Positions 9,159 through 16,737 of a stretch of DNA of 51,741 nt are shown one piece after another. Source of the stretch: an uncultured Bacilli bacterium (lineage in GTDB: Bacteria > Bacillota_I > Bacilli_A > RF39 > UBA660). The notes under the pieces are model-generated. The model was not told the origin of the DNA. It did no database searches and saw only the letters and a list, made by a program, of their open reading frames with translations. Positions within the stretch are counted from its first letter, which is position 1; each line of letters begins with the position of its first letter. A program made the position numbers and the translations under genes. Where the stretch lies: NCBI GenBank assembly GCA_904420615.1, contig CAJFVY010000018.1:1-51741 (forward strand), in the 5' to 3' direction.

Positions 9159-10118
9159 ATGGGAAAAAAATATTTAGTAGAAGAAATTGATACAGAAGTA
9201 GAATTTGGTGTTATCAAGGTAATTGTTCCTATTATAGGATTTGGATTAGCTATTTTAGTTAATTATTCTTTTTTAAAGTCCGTAATAGAAAATATTCAAG
9301 ATATGGGACATATTGATAGTGAATCCTTAGGAATCTTAATCGGTGTTTTTCTTTCTCTATTAATTGGTTTAGTTATTTTTATTATAAATCGTTATCGTGG
9401 TGTAAAAGAAGCATCAACATATAGTTTCTTTACTATCTTAATAACTTCTATTTTTCTTATGTGGTTAGGTTCTATGATTGTTCCCCCTATCGCTTATTAT
9501 CATTTATATCATGAACTTGTCTTTACAATGGGAGACTTCTTCAAAACGTTAATCTTTAATTTTATTTTTTTAGCACTTTGTTCTCCTTTAGTAGCCTTAT
9601 TAGGAACAATTATTGTAACTATTTTAGGCTATCTTTTATCTATTCCTTGTTATAAGATTATTTATTGGTTAAAGAGTAAAAATATACAAAAAACTAAATG
9701 TGTAAAAGAAATACAGAAATTATGTCAAAAAATAGATATGAAAGAAAAAATAGTTCAAGTTCATTTATATAAAGATAAAGTTGAATTTTATATCAATAGT
9801 TTTACTAAATATGATGAAATATCTTTTACTAAACTAGGTTACTCTGATTTAAAACCATTATCACAACTTACTTTATTACATATAATAGAAAAAATAGCTA
9901 AAATAAAATTAACAATTGTTGAACGTAATTTTAAAAATGGCAAGGATGTTCTTATTGCTGATAATCGCTATTTAAGAAAAAAACTAATTAAGAATAGTAA
10001 AGAGTTAAATACTATGACTAAAAAATGTGATCTTCTTTTTGAAAAAATAGAAAAAAGAAAAGCCAAAGAGAAAAAAAGAGCCTATAAAAAGGCTGTTAAA
10101 GAAGGAAAAGATTGGTAA
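9159..10118 (+). CDS. Hypothetical polytopic membrane protein with Lys-rich C-terminus
   Basis: Several hydrophobic helices. I prefer the ATG at 9159, preceded by GTGAGG, over the tracked start at 9132. Confidence 0.5.
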   Translation: MGKKYLVEEIDTEVEFGVIKVIVPIIGFGLAILVNYSFLKSVIENIQDMGHIDSESLGILIGVFLSLLIGLVIFIINRYRGVKEASTYSFFTILITSIFLMWLGSMIVPPIAYYHLYHELVFTMGDFFKTLIFNFIFLALCSPLVALLGTIIVTILGYLLSIPCYKIIYWLKSKNIQKTKCVKEIQKLCQKIDMKEKIVQVHLYKDKVEFYINSFTKYDEISFTKLGYSDLKPLSQLTLLHIIEKIAKIKLTIVERNFKNGKDVLIADNRYLRKKLIKNSKELNTMTKKCDLLFEKIEKRKAKEKKRAYKKAVKEGKDW

Positions 10119-10125
10119 AGATGTT

Positions 10126-10308
10126 TTGAATCAGTCTTCTCTTTTCCTTTTTATTAAAGGCTTACTCAAATATGATATACCTAATTATTTATGGTTTATA
10201 GGATTTGAAAGAGGGTATATCAAAAAAGAAAATAAAACAATTGACGAAGATCTACTAAACTATGATTGGATAGAAGAATTAACAGACGGATATAAAGAAG
10301 AAGATTAA
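10126..10308 (+). CDS. Small hypothetical protein (TTG start)
   Basis: 60-codon ORF directly after the previous gene. A weak hairpin AGCGG-GAAT-CCGCT lies downstream. No motif. Confidence 0.3.
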   Translation: MNQSSLFLFIKGLLKYDIPNYLWFIGFERGYIKKENKTIDEDLLNYDWIEELTDGYKEED

Positions 10309-10513
10309 TAAAATTCTTCTTTTTTATTAGCGGGAATCCGCTTTATAAATATTTATATATATATATAAAATATATGTGGTTAAAAATTGGCTACTACTGG
10401 ATAATGACAAAAAAAGTTAAAAATAAAAACCTTTTAAAATCAACAAAAAAAATAAAAAAAGCACTGGATAAAATATTACTTAGTTAAATGTCGGAAAATT
10501 GTCGGAGAGTACT

Positions 10514-10550
10514 AAAAAAACGTGTCCGCAAAGTTATATTATCGGACACG
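10514..10550 (-). terminator. Rho-independent terminator of dinJ-yafQ
   Basis: On the minus strand, CGTGTCCG-(14 nt)-CGGACACG forms an 8-bp GC-rich stem followed by T7. It lies about 55 nt after the yafQ stop. Confidence 0.7.
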
Positions 10551-10606
10551 AAGGCTAATTTAATATTATTTTTATTATATAAAATTATACAAAAAAAGAA
10601 GTGTTA

Positions 10607-10897
10607 TTATTTATTTAACACTTCACTATGACTACCAGTATTTACTAACAATAAAACTATTTCGTCTTCTAAGTATTTATATATAAGTATCCAGTCGGGT
10701 TCGATATGACAATCTCTACAATCTTTAAATTTTTTATCATTGTATAATTGATGATCTCTATATTTAGGATCTAATTGTTGTTTTCTTGAAAGCATATCTA
10801 CTACATTTAATAATTTGTCAATATTTTTGCCTTGTTTAGTTACTTTTTTTAATGATTTTTTAAATTCTTTTGAATATTTTATTTTATAATTAGTCAT
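10607..10897 (-). CDS. yafQ: Type II toxin, YafQ/RelE family mRNA interferase
   Basis: 96 aa. YSKEFKKSLKK...LDPKYRDHQL...CRDCHIEPDWILIYK...LVNTGSHSEV matches the YafQ pattern. Overlaps the antitoxin gene by 8 nt. Confidence 0.8.
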   Translation of the reverse strand: MTNYKIKYSKEFKKSLKKVTKQGKNIDKLLNVVDMLSRKQQLDPKYRDHQLYNDKKFKDCRDCHIEPDWILIYKYLEDEIVLLLVNTGSHSEVLNK

Positions 10898-11204
10898 CAG
10901 ATAATAACGCCTCTTTTAAATCTTCAATATTGTTATAACTTTTATATTCTTTAGGGTGTTTTTCGATATAAGCAAGTTCTCTTGCTGTTCTTTCAAGTTC
11001 TTCTTTAGTAAAATATTGATATAATTCAAGATCTTCTTTAGGTATAGATACATCAAAAGGGATTCTACCACGCATTATTAGTTGCTTAATAGTCATATTG
11101 ATTAATCCACTCATACTAACACCTAATTTTTGAAGTATTGCTGTTGCTTGTTCTTTATCTTCTTTATCAATTTGAACGCTTATAGAAGTTGTTAAATTAG
11201 ACAT
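10890..11204 (-). CDS. dinJ: Type II antitoxin, DinJ/RelB family, with extra C-terminal segment
   Basis: ISVQIDKEDKEQATAILQKLGVSMSGLINMTIKQL is a ribbon-helix-helix DinJ pattern. The start is taken at M19 of the tracked ORF, preceded by AAAGGAG. A promoter sits inside the tracked N-terminal extension. Confidence 0.75.
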   Translation of the reverse strand: MSNLTTSISVQIDKEDKEQATAILQKLGVSMSGLINMTIKQLIMRGRIPFDVSIPKEDLELYQYFTKEELERTARELAYIEKHPKEYKSYNNIEDLKEALLSDD

Positions 11205-11229
11205 AATATCATCTCCTTTTCTGTTAATA

Positions 11230-11258
11230 AATATATCAATTTTTATATAATTTGTCAA
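11230..11258 (-). promoter_or_regulatory. Sigma-A-type promoter of dinJ-yafQ
   Basis: Minus strand reads TTGACA (11253-11258), a 17-nt spacer, then TGaTATATT extended -10 (11230-11235). It lies about 25 nt upstream of the dinJ ATG. Confidence 0.55.
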
Positions 11259-11506
11259 GTATTTTTATATAAGAATTATATGAAAATTATATATTTTCTA
11301 TTATATTATATACAATAATAACTATTTTATCCACTTTTTTATATTTTTTGCGGAAATACTATTAAATTTATATAAATTCATATAAAACAATGCTGTAGAA
11401 TGAATTTAAGTATATAATAATTATCCATCTTTTTTAGAAAAAACACTTAAAATCGCCCTAAAATAGTTTCTATTTTATTTCATGTTTTTATCCTGTAAAT
11501 ATATAA

Positions 11507-11586
11507 TGATAGTGCTAAGATAAAAATGTAGGAAATGACTAAAATAAAAATGTCAGAAAACCTACAAACTTATCTTAGCACTATCA
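11507..11586. repeat. Perfect 17-bp inverted repeat enclosing a second 6-bp stem (80-nt structured element)
   Basis: TGATAGTGCTAAGATAA (11507-11523) and TTATCTTAGCACTATCA (11570-11586) are exact reverse complements. Inside them, TGTAGG...CCTACA also pairs. Confidence 0.8.
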
Positions 11587-11916
11587 CTTGGCATATTTAT
11601 AATAACATAAAAATGACTTTTACAAATCGCTTTGTTTTATGTTTGAAAAGTTCGAGTTTGATATCAATCTGGTGCGAGTGTATAAATATCACTCATCAAT
11701 AACATTAGAACACTTTTTAATAAATACAGAATAAAAAATATCTTTTTTAATTTTTTTATAGTAAAATACTATATATAAAGGAAGGGATTTTGCATGAAAA
11801 ATATTTAATATGAATATATTCAAAGAATACAAAGTCATTATGTAGGTAGTGACTGCATTCAAATAACAATACCACATCATCTTAACAATGGAATAACAAT
11901 ATTAAATTCAGATGAA

Positions 11917-12723
11917 ATGACATATCATTACCTACCTAATTCGCCTTTTTTCATAAATAAATATATTTCTGATGAAAGAAAAGAACACTTTCCATATTCA
12001 CAAACACCTACTCATAACAGAATAGTGAGAGGTAAAACAAAAGAATATATCAACCAACTATTCGATTTTAATAGAGTTTATATTGAAATTGCAGATGGCA
12101 TGATTAAAGAAGATTATGTTATTAAAGATGGAGATGAAGCGCTATTAGTAACAAAATATATTCTTCCTAATCAAGAATCAACCAGATTTGGAAATCGCGA
12201 AGAAGTTGAAAGATTAATTAATTCTTCAAATGGTGGTATTTATTCTCAAGATGGTGGATATTGGCAACTTTTATCATTACCAAGTAATGAAAGTATTTTA
12301 GACAGTTATAAAGAACATATAATTAAAAAAAGAAAAAATGAGCTAAATTATTATGATGGAAATGGCACTGATAAAGATTTAACAGAATATTTTTATAAAA
12401 GTGTTGATAAAATGACTATTGAAGATGTTCCTGAAGGTATTACTGTAGTTAATGATGCTATATTAGTTTCTGTTGAAAAAAATGAAATTGAGAGCATTAA
12501 AGGCATTACGGTAAAATTTTATGGCGCTGATAGTTATATGGTAGAATTTTATGATTTTCCTATTACAATTTATAGTTTAAATGATATGAAGCAATTAGAA
12601 CAAACAAATTCTAGAAAAATACCGGAACCTAAATTTCCAAGATTTTTAAATCCAAAAATTGATTCAGAATATATCAAAAAAGAAAAAAAACACGCATTAA
12701 GTTTAATACGAGCAAAAAAATAA
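11917..12723 (+). CDS. Hypothetical protein
   Basis: 268-aa ORF, the only sizeable plus-strand gene in this neighbourhood. No motif recognised. Confidence 0.5.
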   Translation: MTYHYLPNSPFFINKYISDERKEHFPYSQTPTHNRIVRGKTKEYINQLFDFNRVYIEIADGMIKEDYVIKDGDEALLVTKYILPNQESTRFGNREEVERLINSSNGGIYSQDGGYWQLLSLPSNESILDSYKEHIIKKRKNELNYYDGNGTDKDLTEYFYKSVDKMTIEDVPEGITVVNDAILVSVEKNEIESIKGITVKFYGADSYMVEFYDFPITIYSLNDMKQLEQTNSRKIPEPKFPRFLNPKIDSEYIKKEKKHALSLIRAKK

Positions 12724-12922
12724 GATGATTATGAAAGTGGTATTTAATCATCTTTTTCTTTGGCATTTTATAAATGTTGAAGTAGTGTGTGATAACTCTT
12801 ATATAAATTCTAGTCTTTACTTTAAAGATTAATCAAAAGTTATTTCTTAATAACGAAAAAATCAACCCAATTTGAGTTGATATTTATATATAAAGTTCAA
12901 ATAGTTCGAACAGATTCGTCAA

Positions 12923-13011
12923 TGGTGCACATGAAGGGACTTGAACCCATACGAAGATCACTCTTCTGCAGATTTTGAGTCTGCCGCGTCTACCAATTCC
13001 GCCACATGTGC
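12923..13011 (-). tRNA. tRNA-Leu (anticodon CAA)
   Basis: Reverse complement has acceptor GCACATG/CATGTGC and anticodon stem GCAGA/TCTGC with loop CTCAAAA. There is a long variable arm (GAAGA-GTGA-TCTTC), a T loop TTCAAGT and an encoded CCA. One T-T mismatch in the T stem. Confidence 0.85.
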
Positions 13012-13085
13012 ATATTCAAATTATATCATATTATTTGTATTTTCCAACAAAAAATAGAAATTTTTTCTAGTAAATTTCTATTTTT

Positions 13086-13673
13086 TTAATCTTCCTCGTC
13101 CCCATCTACATATTTTGATTGATATAAATCAATATTTTCTTCCTTACTACTTTCTTCATTATTAGTCATAAATTCACTAATATCAGGCAAATCATTAATA
13201 GAGGCAAGTCCAAAATAGTCTAAAAATTCACTAGTAGTCTCATATATAATTGGCCTTCCTGGTAAATCACTTCTTCCTACTTCTTTAACAAAACCTTTCG
13301 CTACTAGTTTACGAATCATCTGCCCGCTAGCGATCCCTCTTAAATTATCAATCTTAATACGTGTAATTGGTTGATTATAAGCAATAATAGCTAAGGTTTC
13401 TAAGGCTGCTTGACTTAGACTAGTTGATGACTCATTCATAAGTAACTTTTGATAATATTGATGATGTTCCTTTTTGGTAGTTAATTTAATTTTATCTCCT
13501 AAAAAATCAATCCTAATCCCTCTTTTATCACTACGATATTCCTCTTGTAAATTACGAATTAATTGTTTTACTTCATCATCACTTACTTCTAAAAGATTAG
13601 AAAGTTGCTCTATGGATAAGCCATCATCTCCTACTACAAAGAGCATTCCTTCGATTACAGCTTCTAAATTCAT
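13086..13673 (-). CDS. scpB: Segregation and condensation protein B
   Basis: 195 aa. IEGMLFVVGDDGLSIEQL and SQAALETLAIIAYNQPITRIKIDNLRGI are ScpB winged-helix patterns. Lies directly after scpA. Confidence 0.85.
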   Translation of the reverse strand: MNLEAVIEGMLFVVGDDGLSIEQLSNLLEVSDDEVKQLIRNLQEEYRSDKRGIRIDFLGDKIKLTTKKEHHQYYQKLLMNESSTSLSQAALETLAIIAYNQPITRIKIDNLRGIASGQMIRKLVAKGFVKEVGRSDLPGRPIIYETTSEFLDYFGLASINDLPDISEFMTNNEESSKEENIDLYQSKYVDGDEED

Positions 13674-13674
13674 C

Positions 13675-14382
13675 TTAACTCACCTCGCAAATAATATCTG
13701 AAAAAAGATCTCTCTGAATAATTTTTAATTCCTTATTTCTAGCCATATCTAATATAGCTAAAAACGTTGCGACAATATAATCTTTAGTAGCAACAGAAAA
13801 TAATTTTGAAAATTCTACTCTTTTTTGTTTTTTTAGAATGGATCTAATTTCAATTTCTCGTGATGAAACCGTAATTTCTTTCATCGTAATTTTAGTTTCT
13901 AAGGGAACTTCCTCTTTTTTCCGTGCTAAAAACTTTTGAAAAGCTTCTACTAACAAATCTATTGATCCATCATGGTTCACTACTGTATTTTCGTCTAAAT
14001 ACTTTTCTACTTTTTCTGGCAATTTAGTGTGGATTTCTTGGCGATTATTTTCTCTTTCTTTTAATGTTTTAGTAATTTCTTTATAAGCTTGATATTCTAA
14101 TAAACGATTAACTAAATTATCTACTTGTTCTTGTTCCTCTTCTTTCTCTTCTTTAGTTTTTCTAGGTAACAACATCTTAGCTTTTAGCTCAATTAACTCA
14201 CTAGCCATTACTAAATAACTGGAAGCTATTAAGACTTCACTATGACTTAAACTATTAATGAACTCTAAATATTGTTCTGCTATTACTGTAACTTCAATAT
14301 CTAAAATATTCATCTTGTTTTCTTTGATTAAATGTAATAACAAATCAAGAGGGCCCTCAAACATATCTAATCTCAAATCCAT
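13675..14382 (-). CDS. scpA: Segregation and condensation protein A
   Basis: 235 aa with the N-terminal hallmark FEGPLDLLLHLI and a C-terminal winged-helix segment VATFLAILDM. Confidence 0.85.
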   Translation of the reverse strand: MDLRLDMFEGPLDLLLHLIKENKMNILDIEVTVIAEQYLEFINSLSHSEVLIASSYLVMASELIELKAKMLLPRKTKEEKEEEQEQVDNLVNRLLEYQAYKEITKTLKERENNRQEIHTKLPEKVEKYLDENTVVNHDGSIDLLVEAFQKFLARKKEEVPLETKITMKEITVSSREIEIRSILKKQKRVEFSKLFSVATKDYIVATFLAILDMARNKELKIIQRDLFSDIICEVS

Positions 14383-14562
14383 CTTACTCCTTACCTTTCT
14401 TACATCATTATAACAATAATAAAAACTTTTTTCAAATTATTTAGTTTAGGCTATGTAGTGATACAATATAGAAATAGCTAAACTAGTCAATGAATTGCCA
14501 AAGAAAATAATATTTTGTATAATAATCTTGTATATAAAAAAAACATAGAAAAGGAAGTCATT

Positions 14563-14868
14563 ATGAAAAGATTTACTATGCGAGATGATAGTTTTGTTTG
14601 TGAACACTGTCATAAAGAAGTAAAACGATTAAATTATACTGCACGTGATCATTGTCCTTATTGCCTATATTCAAAACATGTAGATATTACGCCAGGAGAC
14701 AGAAGTAATCCTTGTCAGGGGTTATTAAAACCTATTGGAATTGAAAAGTTTAAAGATAGTTATAAAATAGTTTATCAATGTGAAAAATGTCATTTATTTC
14801 ATAAAAATATTATAGCAAATGATGATAGTATGGATGAGATTATTCGTATTTCAACTCTTGCAAATTAA
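14563..14868 (+). CDS. RNHCP domain protein (Zn-ribbon)
   Basis: CEHCHKEV...ARDHCPYCLYSKHVD...CQG...CEKCH. The start is taken at the ATG at 14563, preceded by AAGGAAG, rather than the tracked TTG. Confidence 0.65.
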   Translation: MKRFTMRDDSFVCEHCHKEVKRLNYTARDHCPYCLYSKHVDITPGDRSNPCQGLLKPIGIEKFKDSYKIVYQCEKCHLFHKNIIANDDSMDEIIRISTLAN

Positions 14869-14888
14869 AAGAGCCAAAAGGCTCTTTA
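14867..14888. terminator. Bidirectional hairpin between convergent genes
   Basis: AAAGAGCC-AAAA-GGCTCTTT forms an 8-bp stem between the RNHCP stop and the spoVAE stop. Confidence 0.55.
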
Positions 14889-15239
14889 ATCTTTTGCTTT
14901 AAAAATAAGAGTAAAAATAAAGGAAAAGATAATGGCTGCCGTAATACCAGAAGCTGTTAAGTCAAACATTCCCATTAATAAGCCCATAAAGCCCATGGAT
15001 TCTGCTTTAGCAAGAGCACCGTGAATTAGAGAATGTCCAAAAGAAGTAATAGGTACTAAAGCTCCTCCTCCACACTTCATAATAAAGTAATCATAAATAC
15101 CAAAGGCATCAAGAAAAGCTCCAACAGCTACAAAAATACTGGTAATATGACCTGGAGTTAATTTAGTGTGATCTAAAATAATTTGAGCAATGGCACATAC
15201 GGTACCACAAAAAAGGAAAGAAAGAATAAGATAACTCAT
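14886..15239 (-). CDS. spoVAE: Stage V sporulation protein AE (SpoVAEB type)
   Basis: 117 aa from the ATG at 15239, preceded by GGAGG and forming a TAATG overlap with spoVAD. Polytopic. Shares the PITSFGHSL motif with SpoVAC (PITGFAHSM). Confidence 0.8.
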   Translation of the reverse strand: MSYLILSFLFCGTVCAIAQIILDHTKLTPGHITSIFVAVGAFLDAFGIYDYFIMKCGGGALVPITSFGHSLIHGALAKAESMGFMGLLMGMFDLTASGITAAIIFSFIFTLIFKAKD

Positions 15240-16234
15240 TATATCGCCTCCAAACATACTGCATGTGCAATAGATAAAATAGATTTTTTCTGATAAACAA
15301 AAGTTGGTGAGAATAATGCTCCTGTAGCAATCAATAGTACCCGTTTATACTTACCAGTTTCTAAGCCTTTCATAATACTTCCATAATTCACTAAAGCACT
15401 ACAAACAGGACCACTACCACCTGCCAATACATCTTTTTGTTTTTCTAAATCATATAGCATAACTCCACAATCATTATAATTACTTCCAAGGGTAATTTGA
15501 TATTTACTTTGTAATAAATCTTTTAAGATTTCTTTCCCATAGATTCCAAGATCACCAGTTAAAATTAAGTCAAAATCTTCTACTTTTCTCTTACTATCTC
15601 GAAGATAGCGATATAACGTATCAGCGGCTGCTGGTGCCATCACTGCTCCCATATGCATAGGATCTTTCTGTTGATAATCAACAGCTGTGCCAATCACTCC
15701 ATCTACTACTTTAATATGAGATGGTTGATTTGTAAGAAGAATAGCTGCTCCACCTGTTGCTGTAAAAGTAGCTGTTGATGGTTTTGGAGCACCATATTCT
15801 GTTGGATTCCTGAACTGTTTTTCACTTGACATATTATGGGAAGAAGTAGCTGCAATACAATTATTTACTTTACCACTGTCAATAAAATTAGCACCAATTA
15901 AAATTCCTTCAATACTAGTCGCACATGCACTATAAATACCTAAGAAAGGACTATGCATTTCTAGTGCAGAATAAGAAGATGAGGTAATTTGATTTAATAA
16001 ATCACCTGCTATTACCAAATCTATATCTTTCTTATCTATTTCACTCTTCTTTAAGAGAATTTTTAAACTATCTTCTAAAAGCTTTACTTCAGCTTGTTCA
16101 AAAGATTTTGCATTACAATATAAATCCTTTACATAACGCTTATCAAAACTATTTCTTAATGGTCCCTTGGCTTCATAAGGACCCGCTACAGTTGCTGTTG
16201 CTTTTACATATACATTACGATATTTAATTAACAT
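15239..16234 (-). CDS. spoVAD: Stage V sporulation protein AD
   Basis: 331 aa with a thiolase-like layout. Sits between spoVAC and spoVAE in the canonical order. Overlaps both neighbours. Confidence 0.8.
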   Translation of the reverse strand: MLIKYRNVYVKATATVAGPYEAKGPLRNSFDKRYVKDLYCNAKSFEQAEVKLLEDSLKILLKKSEIDKKDIDLVIAGDLLNQITSSSYSALEMHSPFLGIYSACATSIEGILIGANFIDSGKVNNCIAATSSHNMSSEKQFRNPTEYGAPKPSTATFTATGGAAILLTNQPSHIKVVDGVIGTAVDYQQKDPMHMGAVMAPAAADTLYRYLRDSKRKVEDFDLILTGDLGIYGKEILKDLLQSKYQITLGSNYNDCGVMLYDLEKQKDVLAGGSGPVCSALVNYGSIMKGLETGKYKRVLLIATGALFSPTFVYQKKSILSIAHAVCLEAI

Positions 16235-16674
16235 TATATCACCTCAATAATATACCTAATCATTCCGAAAAACCATGCTGATACAACTCCATATAAAATA
16301 ACGGAACCAGCTAATTTAAAAATATTACTACCAATTCCATAAATAGGTCCTTCTTTTTTATAATCAATAGCGGCACTAGTCATGGAATGAGCAAAACCAG
16401 TAATAGGAATGATTAAACCACATTTAGCTTTCTTAACCCACTGATCAAAAAAACCTAAAGCAGTAAAAAGTGAAGCAAAAAATACTAAGGTTACAATCAT
16501 ATAAACAGACGCATCTGATCTAGAAATATCTAATATTTTCATATAAAAACACATTAAACCTTCACCAAGTGATCCTAAAAGTCCACCAACTAAAAAAGCT
16601 ACTAGAAGATTCTTACCTCTTGTCTCTTTAGGCATATGTTTTTTAACAATCTTATCATATTCTTTTTTATCCAT
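16234..16674 (-). CDS. spoVAC: Stage V sporulation protein AC
   Basis: 146-aa four-helix membrane protein, a paralogue of the SpoVAE product. First gene of the triad. Confidence 0.8.
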   Translation of the reverse strand: MDKKEYDKIVKKHMPKETRGKNLLVAFLVGGLLGSLGEGLMCFYMKILDISRSDASVYMIVTLVFFASLFTALGFFDQWVKKAKCGLIIPITGFAHSMTSAAIDYKKEGPIYGIGSNIFKLAGSVILYGVVSAWFFGMIRYIIEVI

Positions 16675-16737
16675 TGATTATCACCTATTAGTAGTATGAA
16701 TAAAAATTAAAAAAATATGATATTTTTTTATCATACT

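Noticed and set aside
10354-10367. (TA)7 microsatellite
   Set aside because: This is a short simple repeat in AT-rich intergenic DNA. No associated gene start or phase-variable reading frame is present.
11647-11680. Possible att-like duplicate of the tRNA-Leu 3' flank. AAAGTTCGA...TCAAT..TGGTGC at 11647-11680 resembles ATAGTTCGA...TCAA-TGGTGC at 12901-12933.
   Set aside because: Only short blocks match (7, 5 and 6 nt), with indels between them. Just 6 nt fall inside the tRNA, which is too weak to call a direct repeat without a statistical alignment.
11689-11880. 63-aa minus-strand ORF in the AT-rich spacer
   Set aside because: Hydrophobic low-complexity translation with no RBS. It lies in a region of about 20% GC where random ORFs are expected.
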